Positions 1-14,302 are shown, counted from the stretch's first letter. The stretch is 64,000 bases of DNA from Octopus vulgaris (GCA_951406725.2 OX597821.1:60946001-61010000), one strand, 5' to 3'. Made by a program: numbers and translations. The notes: generated by a model not told the origin, from the sequence alone.

Positions 1-164
1 CACACACGCACACACACACACACACACACACAAATATATATATATATATAAAGCAAGTAAGAAAATGGAGAGTATATAAAATCCAGTAGTATATTGGATA
101 TTTATTATCCCTTAGATGGTTTATTAACATCTAATACAGACACACACACACATACGCGCGCGCG

Positions 165-199
<35 letters not shown>

Positions 200-646
200 G
201 TATGTATGCATGAATGTATGTATATATCAATGTAAGAGCATTAAGTTAAAATAATCATCTATGTATCATATTAATGTATATACATTCTTGGCAGGCACAG
301 TGCTGTGGTTTTTGTCTGAGAGAAAATTTCCTCATAGACATACCGTTTACAGAACACAGTATATATATATCGGAGAAAGGATCGAACCTAACCTTAGCAA
401 TAACCCACGAGAACATCAAACGCGTTTTGCTTTCATTCACAGCTAGCAGTTCTTCTAGACACGTGATTAGTAAGTATATGTCTTTGATATAGCTCAAAGA
501 AGTCGAGACGCTTCTGACGACTTTCATGTAAGTTACTGTTGGGACGATGCTTATCTCGCTACGATATATATTGTGTTTTTATCCCAGGATGCCAATGTAG
601 GAATCTTCTCTCAAACAAAAACTATACCATGATGCTCGTCAGCGAT

Positions 647-709
647 ATTTATATGCTAAGTGTGATTTGTAGATGGCTCTCTCTCTCTCTATCTCTCTGT
701 ATATGCATA

Positions 710-770
<61 letters not shown>

Positions 771-823
771 GCTAAGTGTGATTTGTAGATGGCTCTCTCT
801 TTCTATCTCTCTGTATATGCATA

Positions 824-880
<57 letters not shown>
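647..880. repeat. Two-copy tandem duplication (~116 bp) with (TA)n tails
   Basis: ATTTATATGCTAAGTGTGATTTGTAGATGGCTCTCTCT...GCATAGATG(TA)n occurs twice back to back. Confidence 0.9.
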
Positions 881-881
<1 letters not shown>

Positions 882-1246
882 TACATATGTACGCTTATGT
901 ATATGTATGTATACACACACACACACACACATATACATAAGCGTATATATGTATTTATAACATAATATTACAACTCCTTGTGGAATATAATAAGTATCTA
1001 GATTTCAGAGCAACAATAGATAGAATGCTTAAATAATTGATAATATAAGGGAAGAAACCAATGAAATTCAAATGAAAATTTAATTGGATTACTTAAATGA
1101 CTTCAAGGAAATTTTAGCTGCAATTCATGTAAAAAGTGAAACGCTGTTGCCGAATTGATTTGGCGATTTTGACTGTTCTTAAAATGGTGCTTGGCAGATG
1201 TGCCCAGAGCAGATTATCTATTGCAAACACTGTTTTGTTTCCTTAC

Positions 1247-1347
1247 TTCAGATCAAGTCCTAGAAATAGCTGCATCTGTCTATTTTGCAGCATTTCCATC
1301 TAATCAATGATCTAGGGCTATATTGTAAAATGAGGTTTGTCTCTCAT
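1247..1347 (-). other. Candidate exon: 5'UTR plus possible start codon (ATG at 1299, MEMLQNRQMQLFLGLDL...)
   Basis: Minus strand: strong acceptor TTTTTTTCCTCTCTCGTTATACAG directly before 1347 and donor GTAAGG after 1247. All three frames contain stops; an ATG at 1299 stays open to the donor. Protein not recognised. Confidence 0.35.
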
Positions 1348-2429
1348 CTGTATAACGAGAGAGGAAAAAAACGTCTTTAAATAACAACCCTGTTTGTTGT
1401 TTGTCAGAGAATGCGATAGGATGAGCTTAACTGTGGTTTGAAATATCTCAAATATGTGTAAAATTTAAGGAAGATACAAATTTAGAAACTGCAATGATAA
1501 AAATGTATAAAAGTCGAACAAATTGAAAAATAAATACTGCAATAAAAATGGGAATATTAGAAAAGTTTAGATAATTAACTTTAATTGCTTTCAATGGCGT
1601 TTAGGCATTTTCCGTTGCATTCAAAATAAAATTAGTCATTCTTTCCTAGTCACTAATAGACAATTTCATTAAGTGACAGAAATAAAATGTATTGTGTTCC
1701 AGTAAAATGTTCACATTTATGAAGCCACAATGAAAATAAAAGAACAAGAAATACATTTGCATTGCAATCAACGTAAAATGAGAAACAAGTAAAGTAATAA
1801 TAAAAAATAAAAACGAAAAATTATGAAGTCAGAGCAAGTTACGAATAGACAGAAAAACAAACAGATATCTCAGACATTTCTTTGGCGAATTGATTAGGAA
1901 ATTGCATCGCTGTTGAGTATCTACAAGTGGAATGTAATCATTAGTCTCGAAGCCTCACTAATAAAATAAAGAAGTGAAACAGATCGATTAGAATCGATTG
2001 AAAAGTTGAATTTCTCGAACAGTATAACATTGCTAATAGATTAAATTTATAGATGATGCATCAATGCATTTGTATTACTTACAGCGATAATCTTAAGATC
2101 TTTCCTGTCCGATTTAAACAAAAATATCAAATATTACCCCCTCCGGTTAAGGCCATTTTTCAATGATGATATCAGGTAAACCTGAACGATCTAACTGAAT
2201 TTCATGTAAAGTTCCCCAAATTTCTAAAGAAAATAACGCAAAACCTACAGGAGAGAAATTAATTTCGATCATGGAAATCCATTAATAGCAAAACTAATTG
2301 ATAATTTTAAATGTAAATGTATTAGGTGATAAGTATTAATCAGAATTTTGACTTAAATGACAAACAACGGATGCCTAATTATTTCAAACTGATTACTCCT
2401 TTTCTGTTTTGATATTAATTACTGCGTTT

Positions 2430-2580
2430 AGGCGGTGAGCTGGCAGAACCGTTAGCACGCCGGGGGAAATACTTCGTGACTTATCGTCTGTTTTTACGCT
2501 GCGAGTTCAAATTCCGCCAGCGTCGATATTCAGTGAATTTATGGATGTAATTGACTTATTCCCCTTCTCCAAATTCCAGC
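2430..2580 (+). mobile_element. tRNA-derived SINE family 1, degenerate
   Basis: Head GGCGGTGAGCTGGCAGAACCGTTAGCACG and B-box GAGTTCAAATTCC, shared with the copies at 29.5-30.2, 33.7, 35.8-36.5 and 57.1-57.6 kb. Confidence 0.75.
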
Positions 2581-2629
2581 AACCAATCATATTAATGGTC
2601 TCTTTTCCTACAGGTAGAAAAATTCCTGA

Positions 2630-3265
2630 GATGGGCATGTTTTGAGTTCAGGCCCGCTGTGCGGCAACTTGAGCAAATGTCTTCTACTATCGCCATGGGC
2701 AGACCATTGTAAATTTGGTAGATGGGAAACTGCGTGTAAATCCGTTTATATATAAATATAGTGAAGGCACGTGGCTTAGTGGTTACGGCATTCGGCTCAC
2801 GTTCGTAAGGCCGTGAGTTCCTTTACCGTTGAAGCGTTGTTTCCTTGAGCAAGTCACTTTATTTCATGTTGCTCCAGTCCTCTCAGCTGGCAAATTTGAG
2901 TAGTAACTGCATTTCAAAGGGCCAGCCTTGTCACACTCTGTGTCACGCTGAATCTGTGGAGTGCTCAGCCACTTGCACGTTAATTCCGGTGATCTTATCA
3001 GCTGGGATTCTCATCGTCGTGCTCCTATATATATATATATATACATATGTGTGTATCTTTCTGTTCGTGTTTGTCTCCTGCCGCTTGACAACAGCTGCGT
3101 GTTCGTTTACGTCTCCGTAGCTTAGCGGTTCGAGGCCAAAGAAACCGATAGAATAAATGCCAGATCGAAAAAGAAAATATATTCTGTGGTCGAGTTGTCC
3201 GATTAAACCCTTTAAGGCAAGTGCTCCAGCAAGGTCATAGTCTAATGACTAAAACAAGAGAAAGA
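2630..3265 (+). mobile_element. Nested SINEs: family 2 pieces flanking a family 3 SINE (2763-3020)
   Basis: Family 2 motifs CTTGAGCAAATGTCTTCTACTAT and CTTAGCGGTTCG...GATAGAATAA. Family 3 head GGCACGTGGCTTAGTGGTTA...GTGAGTTC. Confidence 0.7.
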
Positions 3266-3479
3266 TTAAAAAAACGGGTATATACTCCAAACCTACATAT
3301 CTAGTTTACATAATCATCATTCCTTAACGTTTTGCTATCTAAGAATATCATCCATATTGTGCTGAAGTACCAAATAGTTTTTCCATCTTGTGCTCCTAGT
3401 GGTTTAATATAGAGGAAGTAGTTCTGCCCCCAGACTGCAAAAGTTCTCCGAAAACGCTGAGAACAATGTTGTTTATGTT

Positions 3480-3905
3480 CTGTGATACAGCATGTCAGTA
3501 TCTGTGAGACAAAGATGGTGTGGAGGAAATCCATAGGCGTGAGGTTTGGAAAGACATGATTAATCATAGTGGATCGTATTGCGTTTGAAGATAGGACAGA
3601 CAGTGAATGAGTCAGATAGAGATAGATGTGGAGTTAGCTGGAGAACATCTAGTAGCGATCGGAAAGGTAGAGTGGAAAGACAACAAGTCTGTGAGATAGG
3701 GGTTGTTGTATGCTGGTGAGCAACTCGTTGCCAATCAGTCGCGGGAGACCTTTGGACGCAGTGTCCGATGCCTTCCTCTGCAGAAATATCAAATATCATC
3801 CCAGATGAAGGGGAAATATTCCATTTTGGGTCTAACCTGAGCTTTGTAGAAAGTGTGTAAAAGAGGAAAACCAGCTATGGAAGAATTTTGTTCTAGGAAT
3901 GGAGT
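3480..3905 (-). mobile_element. CR1/L2-like LINE ORF2 3' fragment, decayed
   Basis: Minus-strand translation LLHTFYKAQVRPKMEYFPFIWD resembles the LYKAQVRPxMEYxxxIW thumb motif of CR1-group RTs; HVFP near the end. Confidence 0.65.
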
Positions 3906-3911
3906 TTCAAT

Positions 3912-4247
3912 TTGTACAGTAGATATAATTCTCACGTCTTCGAGGCAGTGTTAGCGATTGACCCTCACGGTGGTAATTGCCTGTTCATACCTCGGATACT
4001 ACTGATACCCTCCGACAACCAGCTTCCCTTCCAATTACGACGCAAGCAGTTTCCAATCAAACCAGCCTTCTCATTCACAGCTAACAAGTCTCAAGGTTAG
4101 ACTTTAGATCGTGTTGGTGTGTTTCTACCCACTCCGATGTTTACACACGGCCAGTTGTATATCGCTATGAACAGAGCAATGGACACAGCTAATTTGAAAA
4201 TTAGTGTTGATCAAACACAAAATATCGTTTACAAAGACGTTTTGTAA
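3912..4247 (+). mobile_element. Helitron RepHel PIF1-helicase C-terminal fragment (pseudogene)
   Basis: FIPRILLIPSDNQLPFQLRRKQFPIKPAFSFTANKSQG*TLDRVGVFLPTPMFTHGQLYIAMNR...NIVYKDVL* contains the C-terminal PIF1 helicase motifs with one internal stop. Confidence 0.9.
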
Positions 4248-7200
4248 ACGGAATAATATCATGAATATGTACTATGTAAAGATGTACATAAGCATAATCA
4301 AAACCAACTGTTATTTATATTTTGTTACATTTCTCATACCATATTTCAGTATTCATACGTAAAGTAATTATTATTTTCCACCCTCTTTTCATTTCCCATC
4401 GTAGATGGGTAGGTTTGCTAGTTTTTAGCCAATTCGGTCTTATACCAACTTTGTGGGTGTATGTTGATACAAGTATTTTGTTTGATACAAGTATTTTGTT
4501 TACAAAATCTGCACATGACGTGTATTTATATTTAACAGGTACGAGATAGGTTCCTAATATGTTAATATGTCGGATGTAAAGCGAAGTAAGTTAAGAGTTA
4601 GAAGACCAAAATAGCATGATACTGTAGAATTTAGTCAACATCTGGTTTAACATCACCTTCTTGTTCCCGAGGCCCTTTTCTGGAAGCCTACTTTGCTGTA
4701 AATTATGCTGTAAATAACCGAGTTATCATCTCCCGTCTAAGGATGATTTGTTTTCCTTCCAAACATTTTGTGTTTACTGAAAGTGTAATATATTATCTCT
4801 GACATCAAACGTAATTAATCTGTCAACGAAAGTATAAACGTAATCAACGACTCTCTATTAAGTCTTCTCATTAGACTCATTAGACTAGAGTGAAGTATCT
4901 CTAACTTAATTGTAGGATTTACTCTTTGCTGTCGAGCTTCCATTTCTGTTTGTGATTGTGAAATATACTTCTCAGACTACTATTATTGTCATTAATGTAA
5001 ACATTTGCATGACAAAACAATGGTTGATTCTATGTAGAATGTAGTATTTGACATGTTTTAATGACATCAACACGCAAAATATCATCAATCAGCGCAATTA
5101 TTGCATCTAACATTATAAACAATATTATTGTATCTTTTGTTCGTGGGCTTTCATTCTAATCCGTTCAAACTGTCAAAGTAGTTAGAATCTACCATAGCTA
5201 CAGAACAAGTTTTTTCATAAGTGTCTTAAAAACCTCAAATTGTTTTGGAGAAACAGTTTTGAAACATTTTTAAATATATTGATTTATTTTACTTTACATA
5301 AGACAGTTTCATTGTTTTTATTTTTCAGGTACGATCATTAAATTGTATATGTAGATATTTCAACTTGTCATATCAGTCTTATGATTAATTTTAAACAACA
5401 TAAAATATATTAATTTTATATGCCATAAAATGTTGACTTCAAAGCAAAGTTTAAAAAAATGATTATTTCTCTTGTTTTGCATTATTTCCTATTTATTTGT
5501 TATTTCTATGTCAGCAATATATTTAACGGGAAACTGGCTAAAGATTATATACAACGAAAATAGAAAAAAAATGAAGTAAATATAGCAATTGTGAAAAATT
5601 CACTGATATAAAAATAAGAATGATAGCAAAAATTTATTTATAAGCTGAAATAGAAAACTTTTATGTAAAAACCTCCAGATTATCTCGGGAGATATAAAGT
5701 GGAAATAAATATAAAAAAGACATCAGAAGTATATCCCTAAATGAAAAATAAAAAGTATAAATGTTTTATACAAACATTTCAGATTAAAAAATACAACAGC
5801 ATGGATGAAAGAATCAGTAAAGATAAAAATGTTCGTGAAAATGTTTTATGAGTCTTACGTAGATCGAAGTTGCTTACAATATCGATGATATAGTTTTTCA
5901 GCTTTAAAAGTTGAAAACTGTAATTAGAACCATGATTTCTGCCTGTATGTAGTTAACTATCGCTATACAACCTCAACAAGTGTTATATAGTCGTCTACAG
6001 TGAGTAGATAATATTATTCTTATATGAGGATTAAATGATTCTCTCTTTTAGTCTTATAGCTGCGATTAATTGGGATTTAATCCAATATATTTAATTTATG
6101 GTAACCTAATCCTAATCTCGAAACCTAATCTCGCTAATATTCGGCTACTCTTATTTCATGTAGACCACGATTCGGACCGTTGGAGAGTTTCTTGAATCAA
6201 GCAAAGTTTTCTAGTGATCTTTGTCATAAAATCGATTTTGATTATGTTTTTGTGACTTACAATTTAATTTAGATTTTAGAAACGCCATGAACATCACATC
6301 TACCCATTTCCAATCCGAATATAAACATCAGGCTTAATACATATTTGGTGAATAATTAGTGCCCTAATCTGTGAGTTATGATGATGGATTCCGGAATGCT
6401 GAATATTTAAGTTAAGGTACAAATCACTTCAAAGTCGTCTGAATCACAGCAGTCATATTTTTAGTAAATCCTCAAACCTCCATTCATGCTGTACTTTGTC
6501 CTAAATATGTCTTTGTCCTAAATGCGACATTAATATGTTAATGTTAACTTGTGATGGTGGAGACAAGCATATTTTGGAAAAAAAATTCTGAGTAACTTGC
6601 TTTCAATTTCAGATTTCAGTTACTTCATTAAGGATTTGAGATAGTAGTCCGCTCTTCGCATCTTTTAATTTTCCCTTTTTATAATTTAAATTTTCAAAAA
6701 AATCTTCGATTCTCAAATCGAGAAGACTGAAATAATCTTGTATGAAGCGTTTTGGGCTCATAGCTAATAGATAAAATGTCAGTAAAAGTCCCATTAAATG
6801 ACTGCAAAGAAAAGACAGGCTCTACTTGCTTCTTGGGAAAGGAATAGCTATCCTTGAGTTCAATTTTGATTTAGTGTAATGATTTGGTTTACTTTTGTGA
6901 CGGAGAGAAACAATACAATTTAAATGTTTTATTGTACTACCCGAACACACTAAAGAAGGCATAGACCATACAACAGCATTAAAAACATTAATAAAAGAAG
7001 GGCATTAGTCGGCTTTTGTCTTCATTCAGAGAGCTCCTGCATCTTAATTTTTTAAGGAACAATATGTTGTCGGTCAAACCGCTGGAAAAAGCATCCGTTA
7101 TCTCTCCTATTTTCTAAAAATAACAGTAAATAATACAAACCATGATGTATTGTATGTATTACTGAAAAAAGATAGATGGTTAATGTTGGAATGCCGACTA

Positions 7201-8906
7201 ATCGCAGACCTGTATGATTCGAGGTGGACTTAACAACACCTAACTTCCTTCTTCTGCTTTATTCTCCTTCACCTAATATCAAAGTAGTGAAATGATTTTA
7301 GGTTGGTGAAATTTTATTTTGCTTAATTTACGATGGGAATACATTTTAGAAAGGCAAAGTATTTTATTTCATTTATCCTTCCATAAGAATCTCATATTTT
7401 TTCTTAAGATTACACCTTGCACATACATTCATATTCCTCAAAAATCAATAGATATACAGGCTTAAAAGAAGCGGCAAGCAACCTAGCAGACTAGCAAAAA
7501 CATCGTAAAATGTTTTCAACAGCCTTGGAGATTTAACGTAAACAGCAAGCACATAGCTTTCGTATTTGGTTCTGTAAATCTGTAGTTTATGCTTTATGTT
7601 CAAACATAACCAACATTATTATCAAAAGCAAGAATTTTAACATTACATTTTCAAAATCTATAGCAATATATTTATAAAAGCAACAGAAACGCAGGTTAAT
7701 GTTTTCGTTTATGTATTTACGAAAGATACCACATAAAAAGACATAATTGGAAGAAAGCGTCAGTTACAACAGGGAAATATTGTAACCATATACTGAAAAT
7801 AATTGCCTGATGGAGAATTTCAATCAAAGTGAAAGTAGTCAGAATAAAACCATGAATACGTGCGCATAGTATTGCATTTGTGCGCGTATTTATATTATCT
7901 GTTTCATTTTATATGTTTATAAGTCTACATTTACGTCTGTACATATGTAAGAAGTGCTCTATACGTAAATGTGAGTAAGTAGTGCATACTACTTTACATG
8001 TGCTAGTCTGTGTGTATGTGTGTGTGTGTGTGTGTGTGTATTTACAGTGTGTGTGTGTAAATATGCTACGAAATAGTTTAAACCAAATATAAAAGAATGG
8101 TGAAATTAGATAAATAAAATGATTGTTTCAGAAACAATAGCATTAGAAATATTCCGAGAAAAAAAAGATTTTAAAATCATTCTCTGTCACTCCTTTTACT
8201 AACAAATAAATTACGAAAATGATAAGCAAGTAAAAAAGAGAGAAAAAAACCCGAAACGAACAATTATCGGTAAAACTATGCCGAAAATGCAACTATGAAA
8301 TAGAATAAACAATAGAGAGAAGGAAAAAAAAGCAGGAAGGATCTAATAAATAGCCCTTTTCCAATGTTTAAACTGTAGGAAAAGCATGGGAACAATGAAA
8401 TAATAAAGCAATTAGTTTATTGGATGGAGATTAGTTGGGAATGTTCGTAAAAAGTGAGAAGGTGTTATAATTAAAAAGAAATCAACAAGAAAACTGATTC
8501 TGTATTCGAAGCTGCGCAAACATAAAAAAATGCATAGCTTTCATATTAGTAAATGGATTATTAGAATGCGCTGTGTATCATTGCAAGATATACTTGTTTG
8601 TGAAGAGATAATATTTACTCTGCCTACCTAAATCTATTATATTGCGTCTTCAAAAGATATAAGATTTGTTTGGCACAAAACCAAACAAAAGGTAAAGTTG
8701 AGCTATATTATGTATTAAAAACAAGAACAAAAGTTGAAATGAGGTTTCTTGCTAGAATTGATAGGATATTGGTGGCATGCATCGGTATGATTTGGTTTTC
8801 AAATATATGGGAATCTGAAGTATAGTTGAGAATCTCTACCGTGAAATTCAGAAGAGGCGATACGAAAATAAGTATGGTCGGCGAAAATATCGAATCCATG
8901 CCACTC

Positions 8907-8978
<72 letters not shown>

Positions 8979-10109
8979 AGGGTGAGTTGATAAACAGAGA
9001 AAAAAATTGAAATTGAAAGTAAGAGACAAGGAAGATAGAATAAGTCAAACATAAAGCAATGTCTTTGAAGCCGGGATGAAAATTAACTCGGCAACTAAAC
9101 TCAAAACATATAACCGTGTTGTAATACCAGTCTCATAAAATGCTGATGCATTCAGCGGTTAATTATTTGATGATTAAGTTAGGGTTACTGGAACAACATG
9201 TTGAATGCTTGATGGAACTGAAGATAGAAATACGAGTTAATTCTGTAAAAGTTAAACACGTTTTGAAAGCAAATGTGAATTTATAGATTGCTTTTGTTTC
9301 ACAAAGTAGTAAGATATAGATAGACCCCTATGTCTTTGGAATGTGGTCTGCCGCTCCATAATCATCATACTTTTGATACTCATTTATGTTTTGCATCATA
9401 TTTATTAAGTTAATATTTCTGTATGTTTATCTGAAATCTTCGAAAATTGTTTGCCGACTTTGGAAAAGAAAATTGAGACTGAAGCTCTCAGTAGATGTAG
9501 AAAGTATCAACAATATAAAGCATGATAATAAACTTCCTCTAATGCATGTATCGGTTGACTTACTGTCTCGGCTTATTTCAGATCAATACATTTGACCACG
9601 TATTTTATGTCTTGCTAACCGTTTACTTTCATAGCCGTATCTTAAACCATGTTTCTTCTTTATATTTCTAAATTACTTTCATACTATTTATTCTAAACCA
9701 TTTTTTCTCACTTTCATTTCAAACAACCGAAAACTTTTATATCTCTTTGGCCTCTTATTTCTCTCCTCGTCTCTCCTTTCTCTTTCTCATGCCTCACTCT
9801 CTGTAGATACAACTTCCCTTTCTCTGTCAACTCTTTTAAATCTTTTATTCTATCACCGTTTTTTTCACTTTCATTTCCTCTTTAACCCGCACAATTCTGT
9901 ACTGTTTTAAATTTAGTCATTTCTTTTGAGGATAAATGCTTAGGCATTTTATATTCCTAAAGTAACGAACCAGCCACTACGTATTGATAAACGCTTTTTT
10001 TTATCAACACATTGCTTCTGTTTGATTACACAACCTTCTCTCTCGCCCTGACACGTTTTTTCTTTCTTTCTTTCTTCCTTTCCTTTCCTTCTTTCTTTCT
10101 TTCTTTCTC

Positions 10110-10148
<39 letters not shown>

Positions 10149-10158
10149 GATTGCTTAC

Positions 10159-10370
10159 ATTTCTGGTAGCCTTTAGCTCTGGAAATCTGCAATCAGCAGG
10201 CTGACAAACTCCACTACAGGAGATACGTGGATCCAAAAGCCACATCGGTGTCAGCCAATTTAGCTCTGGTTACTTTGGATTGCAAACAATCAGCACAAGG
10301 CAAGAAGAGATTCTGGTTCACAAGTTATATTTCTCTTCTTTCCTGGCAGCAGGGATCTAAAACACCAACT
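10159..10370 (-). other. Candidate upstream (probably non-coding) exon
   Basis: Non-repetitive, GC-richer island ending in minus-strand donor AT|GTAAGC, followed by (GA)n/(GAAA)n. The 5' boundary is uncertain. Confidence 0.25.
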
Positions 10371-10771
10371 TCTTTTATACATTTGGTTCTTTTATTGAAG
10401 TTCATTATATCATATATATAGACATAACCCAATTTGAACATCTATACTGACTACACGTTTTATTGATTGTACCACTGTTTGTTAGTGCGTATATACAAGA
10501 CAGGCAAGATAGGGCTATCACTGTAACATACGACAGGGACCCAAACTTGTTAGGATCGCTTTGAAGTCAATTATTAGCTGGTTTATATGGTATCCTCTTC
10601 TCATCCAGTCAAGTTTCCCTCGATAACATCTTAAGAACGACACTTTGGACAATGTAGTCTTGCAGTGCTTCCGTATAGGGAAAAGACACTGGGCACGGAT
10701 ACATCACTTTTGATCGTAAGTTCACTCAATCGACTATGCCTGTGGTTAAATGAAAATGAAAGAAGGAAAAA

Positions 10772-10931
10772 AAGGCATCGGAGGGGCGATGTTTACCCTG
10801 CGCGCAGATAATGCTTTTTATTAAGTATCACCATTATAGGTATTTATATTCCAGTGAAATTAAGAAATCAACTCGTAAATAAACGAAACCCTCGAATCCA
10901 TCACTGTACACACACGGACGGACACACGGAC

Positions 10932-10993
<62 letters not shown>

Positions 10994-11208
10994 TCACACA
11001 CACACACACACATTTATGTATGTATTTATGTATGTTTGGAGATAACCAGATCAAACTTTCATCATTTCCAACCACTCAGCCAATGAATATTTCTGCCAAC
11101 TTCGGTGAAAATCTGTTCAGCCGTTTTCCAGTAACTTTGCTAACACACAGACAAACAGACAGAAACGAGTGATTACAAACACGCTGCTTTAGCTTACGCG
11201 CGTAGGAT
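10772..11208 (-). mobile_element. Non-autonomous Helentron-type (HINE/DINE-like) element
   Basis: Minus strand: CCTACGCGCG subterminal repeat, GTCT/GTTT microsatellite and ACGGCTGAACAGATTTTCACCGAAGTT core. Inverted partner CCTGCGCGC near 10797 and a terminal hairpin. Confidence 0.55.
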
Positions 11209-11554
11209 ATCAGGAACAAAAATCTAACTCACACATATCTTCTCTTTTCACCTTCCATACGGTGTTTCATTCGAGATGGTGTGAAATCACAACAGGTTCA
11301 AACCTTCTTTAGCACAACTGTATCCTACATTTTCTTTTCTGGTGATGTATAGACTGAAAATCAACACTTCGATCAATCTTTCCTGTTTGAGAAAGTGTAA
11401 ATGTGATGAATAATGTCTCTTTTGTTCTAACCAGCAAAAAAGGCAGCAAAACATTTGTTTTAATTCGTGTGATAAACAGACGTTGTATTTGCACCTATGT
11501 GTATGTGTCTGAGCCTCACTTTCTCCCCCCTCTCTCTCTCTATATATATATATA

Positions 11555-11765
11555 CAGTGTACATTTAAACACATAAGAGATGGCCTTAACAGTGTACATT
11601 TAAACACATAAGAGATGGCCTTAACAGGACATCTGACTCGCTAGAAAGAGTAGTTAAACTACAAACCACTAATAGTTGTAATTTTGAAAGGGAATGAAAA
11701 ATAAAAACATTTATCCTATTTTAGGTCCTACTATGGCTATCTCTTATGTGTTTAAATGTACAATG
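11555..11765. mobile_element. Tc1/mariner-type MITE with tandemly duplicated left TIR
   Basis: TA|CAGTGTACATTTAAACACATAAGAGATGGCC (repeated at 11590) and inverted GGCTATCTCTTATGTGTTTAAATGTACAATG|TA. Confidence 0.8.
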
Positions 11766-11884
11766 TATTTTTATATGAATAATATATAGTCTATTGACTA
11801 ATTTTTTCTTCTTGTTAGACCACTGATAGCAAAGAATTTTTCTAAATTTTTTCTACCCTAAGATTTATTAATTAATGATATATC

Positions 11885-11977
<93 letters not shown>

Positions 11978-12307
11978 ATGTATGTATGTACGTCTGTATT
12001 TGTGTGTGTGCGTGTTTGTAAGCAGTGATTCACAAAATGAAATCACAAAGATGTACAATGTGATTATTGACCTAAGAATGTATCTAGATCAGGAAACGTT
12101 AGTTGTGCATACTGTCTTTCACAATAGATACAATAGTGCAATTATAAATATATTATCAACATCGAAAGGATGAACGGCGGTGGAATTTGAACACAAAGGT
12201 TAATGAGTCGGAACAAATGCCACTATGCATTTTGTCTGATGTGCAAACGATTCTGTCAGCTGACCACTATACAATGGTATGATTATGATAATGTTCTAGA
12301 TAAATTA

Positions 12308-12518
12308 TTGGGTTGGTGCATAATTATTGCGGGCTTTTTTTCCAAATTTTATTCAACAAAATCAATAACAAAAACATCTTTAAAAGATTATTTCGAAGCC
12401 TATTCACCATCCACTACAATTACTGCTTCCCATTTGCTTGATGTATTTGTTAAATATTGTTTTTTATGTTGAATAAAATTTGTCGATAGAAAGCCGCAAT
12501 AATTATGCACCAGTGCAA
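12308..12518 (-). mobile_element. mariner deletion derivative (MITE)
   Basis: TA-flanked TIRs TTGGGTTGGTGCATAATTATTGCGG / CCGCAATAATTATGCACCAGTGCAA; residual transposase C-terminus SKWEAVIVVDGE. Confidence 0.8.
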
Positions 12519-12762
12519 TAAATATCACACAACTTACCAAATTTTCTATTAATACTAGTAATTGTTTGTGTTTGAGTTCAAATCTTGACATAGAAGATTG
12601 ATCCTTTCACACGCCAGTGTCCTTTAAGTTAGGTATTGGATTCGTTTATATAATATGTGCTCTTCTACAAAATTTGCATCCTTGTGTCAAAATAATAATG
12701 GCAAGCAAAAAAGTATTGAGCTAGTTTTGTTCCTTTTCGTCTGAGTACGATTTTGCCGTTCA

Positions 12763-13886
12763 TTATTACCTCCGCCTTAGCGAAAGCGGAGGTATTGTGT
12801 TTGCTTGTCCGTGGACAAGATATCTCAAGAACCGCTGGATAGATTCAGATGAAACTTTCAGGAATGTTTGGCCTCGTGACTAGCACGAACTGATTAAAAC
12901 TTGGCATCCATCCCATTCCAGAGAAGGATTCTGAATTTTGTTATATTTACTTTACATGATTACCATCTTACGTTGACTTTCAAGTTTCTCTCAGTTATCT
13001 CCCTTTAGGCAGTTTCCAAAGTTTTATTTTCATCTCTCTATTATTAATTTTATTCCCGTCTTTACCTTAGTAGAAACTGATGGATAAAGACATCAAATTA
13101 CATAAACAAACAGCAGCAAAACCGTTCAGAAATTAAATAACATTAACATATTTTTAATGTGACCGCGTGTGTACCGTTGGCGATTTTTTCCTCTGTTTTC
13201 CCTTCCCTGGATGTTTCCTTCTCCTATGTTTCCGACGAAGAGCTCCGCTCGAAAAGTTAAACCCACCTTCTTTCTTTCTTTCTTGAGCGTCCAATAATAC
13301 TATATTTCTTCCACGTCCTCGCGTTGTTGTGTTTTTTTTGTGCTTTCATGTTTGGATTAACTTTAACTATATATATATATATATATATTATACATACATA
13401 TTAACACATTACAGTATACTTACATATATACGTACATCTATATATCGATCTAAAACAGCAGTAATACTAAAGGAAGTCCGGAATTTAAGAGAGGAGTAAA
13501 CCAAAATGCGTCATGCTATTCATTTAAACATTTTTGAGTACAACTTATCATTATTACCCCCACCTTTAAAACTATTTTGAAAGGTGAATTTGTTAACTTT
13601 GGCTTGTATTAAATAAGGATAAACTATTTATTACTCTTATTAAATTTTCTACAGCCACCTTCACATTCCATGATTACCATTGTGATCAATGAGGTACTGG
13701 AAAGGGTTCTTCATTATTTTTCCGTTTTTTTTTTTACATAATTTTTGAGAGCGGTCGGGTTCATTTGTAGTACTCTTGTTTGTGAGAGCACTCGAGTTTA
13801 TTTCAGATATTCTCATTTTAAAAATCATATCTGGCTAATCGTTGAGAGGACGTTGGTGTTGAATTGGCGGAGGTTTGCGCTCTCTT
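12763..13886 (+). mobile_element. Helentron-type HINE split by ~0.8 kb of other sequence
   Basis: 12763-12935 and 13745-13886 match the two halves of the intact copy at 45521-45907 (TTACCTCCGCC ... GGCGGAGGT). Confidence 0.75.
13228..13262 (+). ncRNA. Degenerate minimal type I hammerhead motif (family A) in a short repeat at 13156-13372
   Basis: GUUU-CCGACGA-A-GAGC(UCC)GCUC-GAAA-AG-UU-AAAC. Stems I and II pair; U4 is C and stem III is AAGU instead of ACGU. Confidence 0.65.
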
Positions 13887-14044
13887 TTAACGTTGTTAAA
13901 AGATGTTGCAAGCAACAGAAGTTGGCGGAAGCGACTAAAGGTCATACGAAAAGGAAAGTTAGAAGACGTGTTGGGTTGCACTTATGTTACAAAAATATAT
14001 CTATACTGGTTGATAAAATAAAAACACCGCTACCTTCATATCTT

Positions 14045-14302
14045 TTTTGTAGTCTCAGTTATAGGACTGCGTCGATGCTGGAGCATCGCCTTGAAGGGTT
14101 TAGTCGATGAAATCGACCTCGGTACTCATTTTTGAAGTCTGGTACTTATTCTATCAGTCTTCTGGTTACCGAGATGGAAACCAATCAACACCGGTTCTCA
14201 AGCGGTGATAGGACAAACACTTGCGCCAAGATAAACACACACACATATATAAATATATATATATATATATACATACATATGTATATATATATATATGAAT
14301 AC

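Noticed and set aside
2430-2520. tRNA-like A/B boxes here and at other SINE heads
   Set aside because: No complete cloverleaf; they continue into SINE bodies, so not called as tRNA genes.
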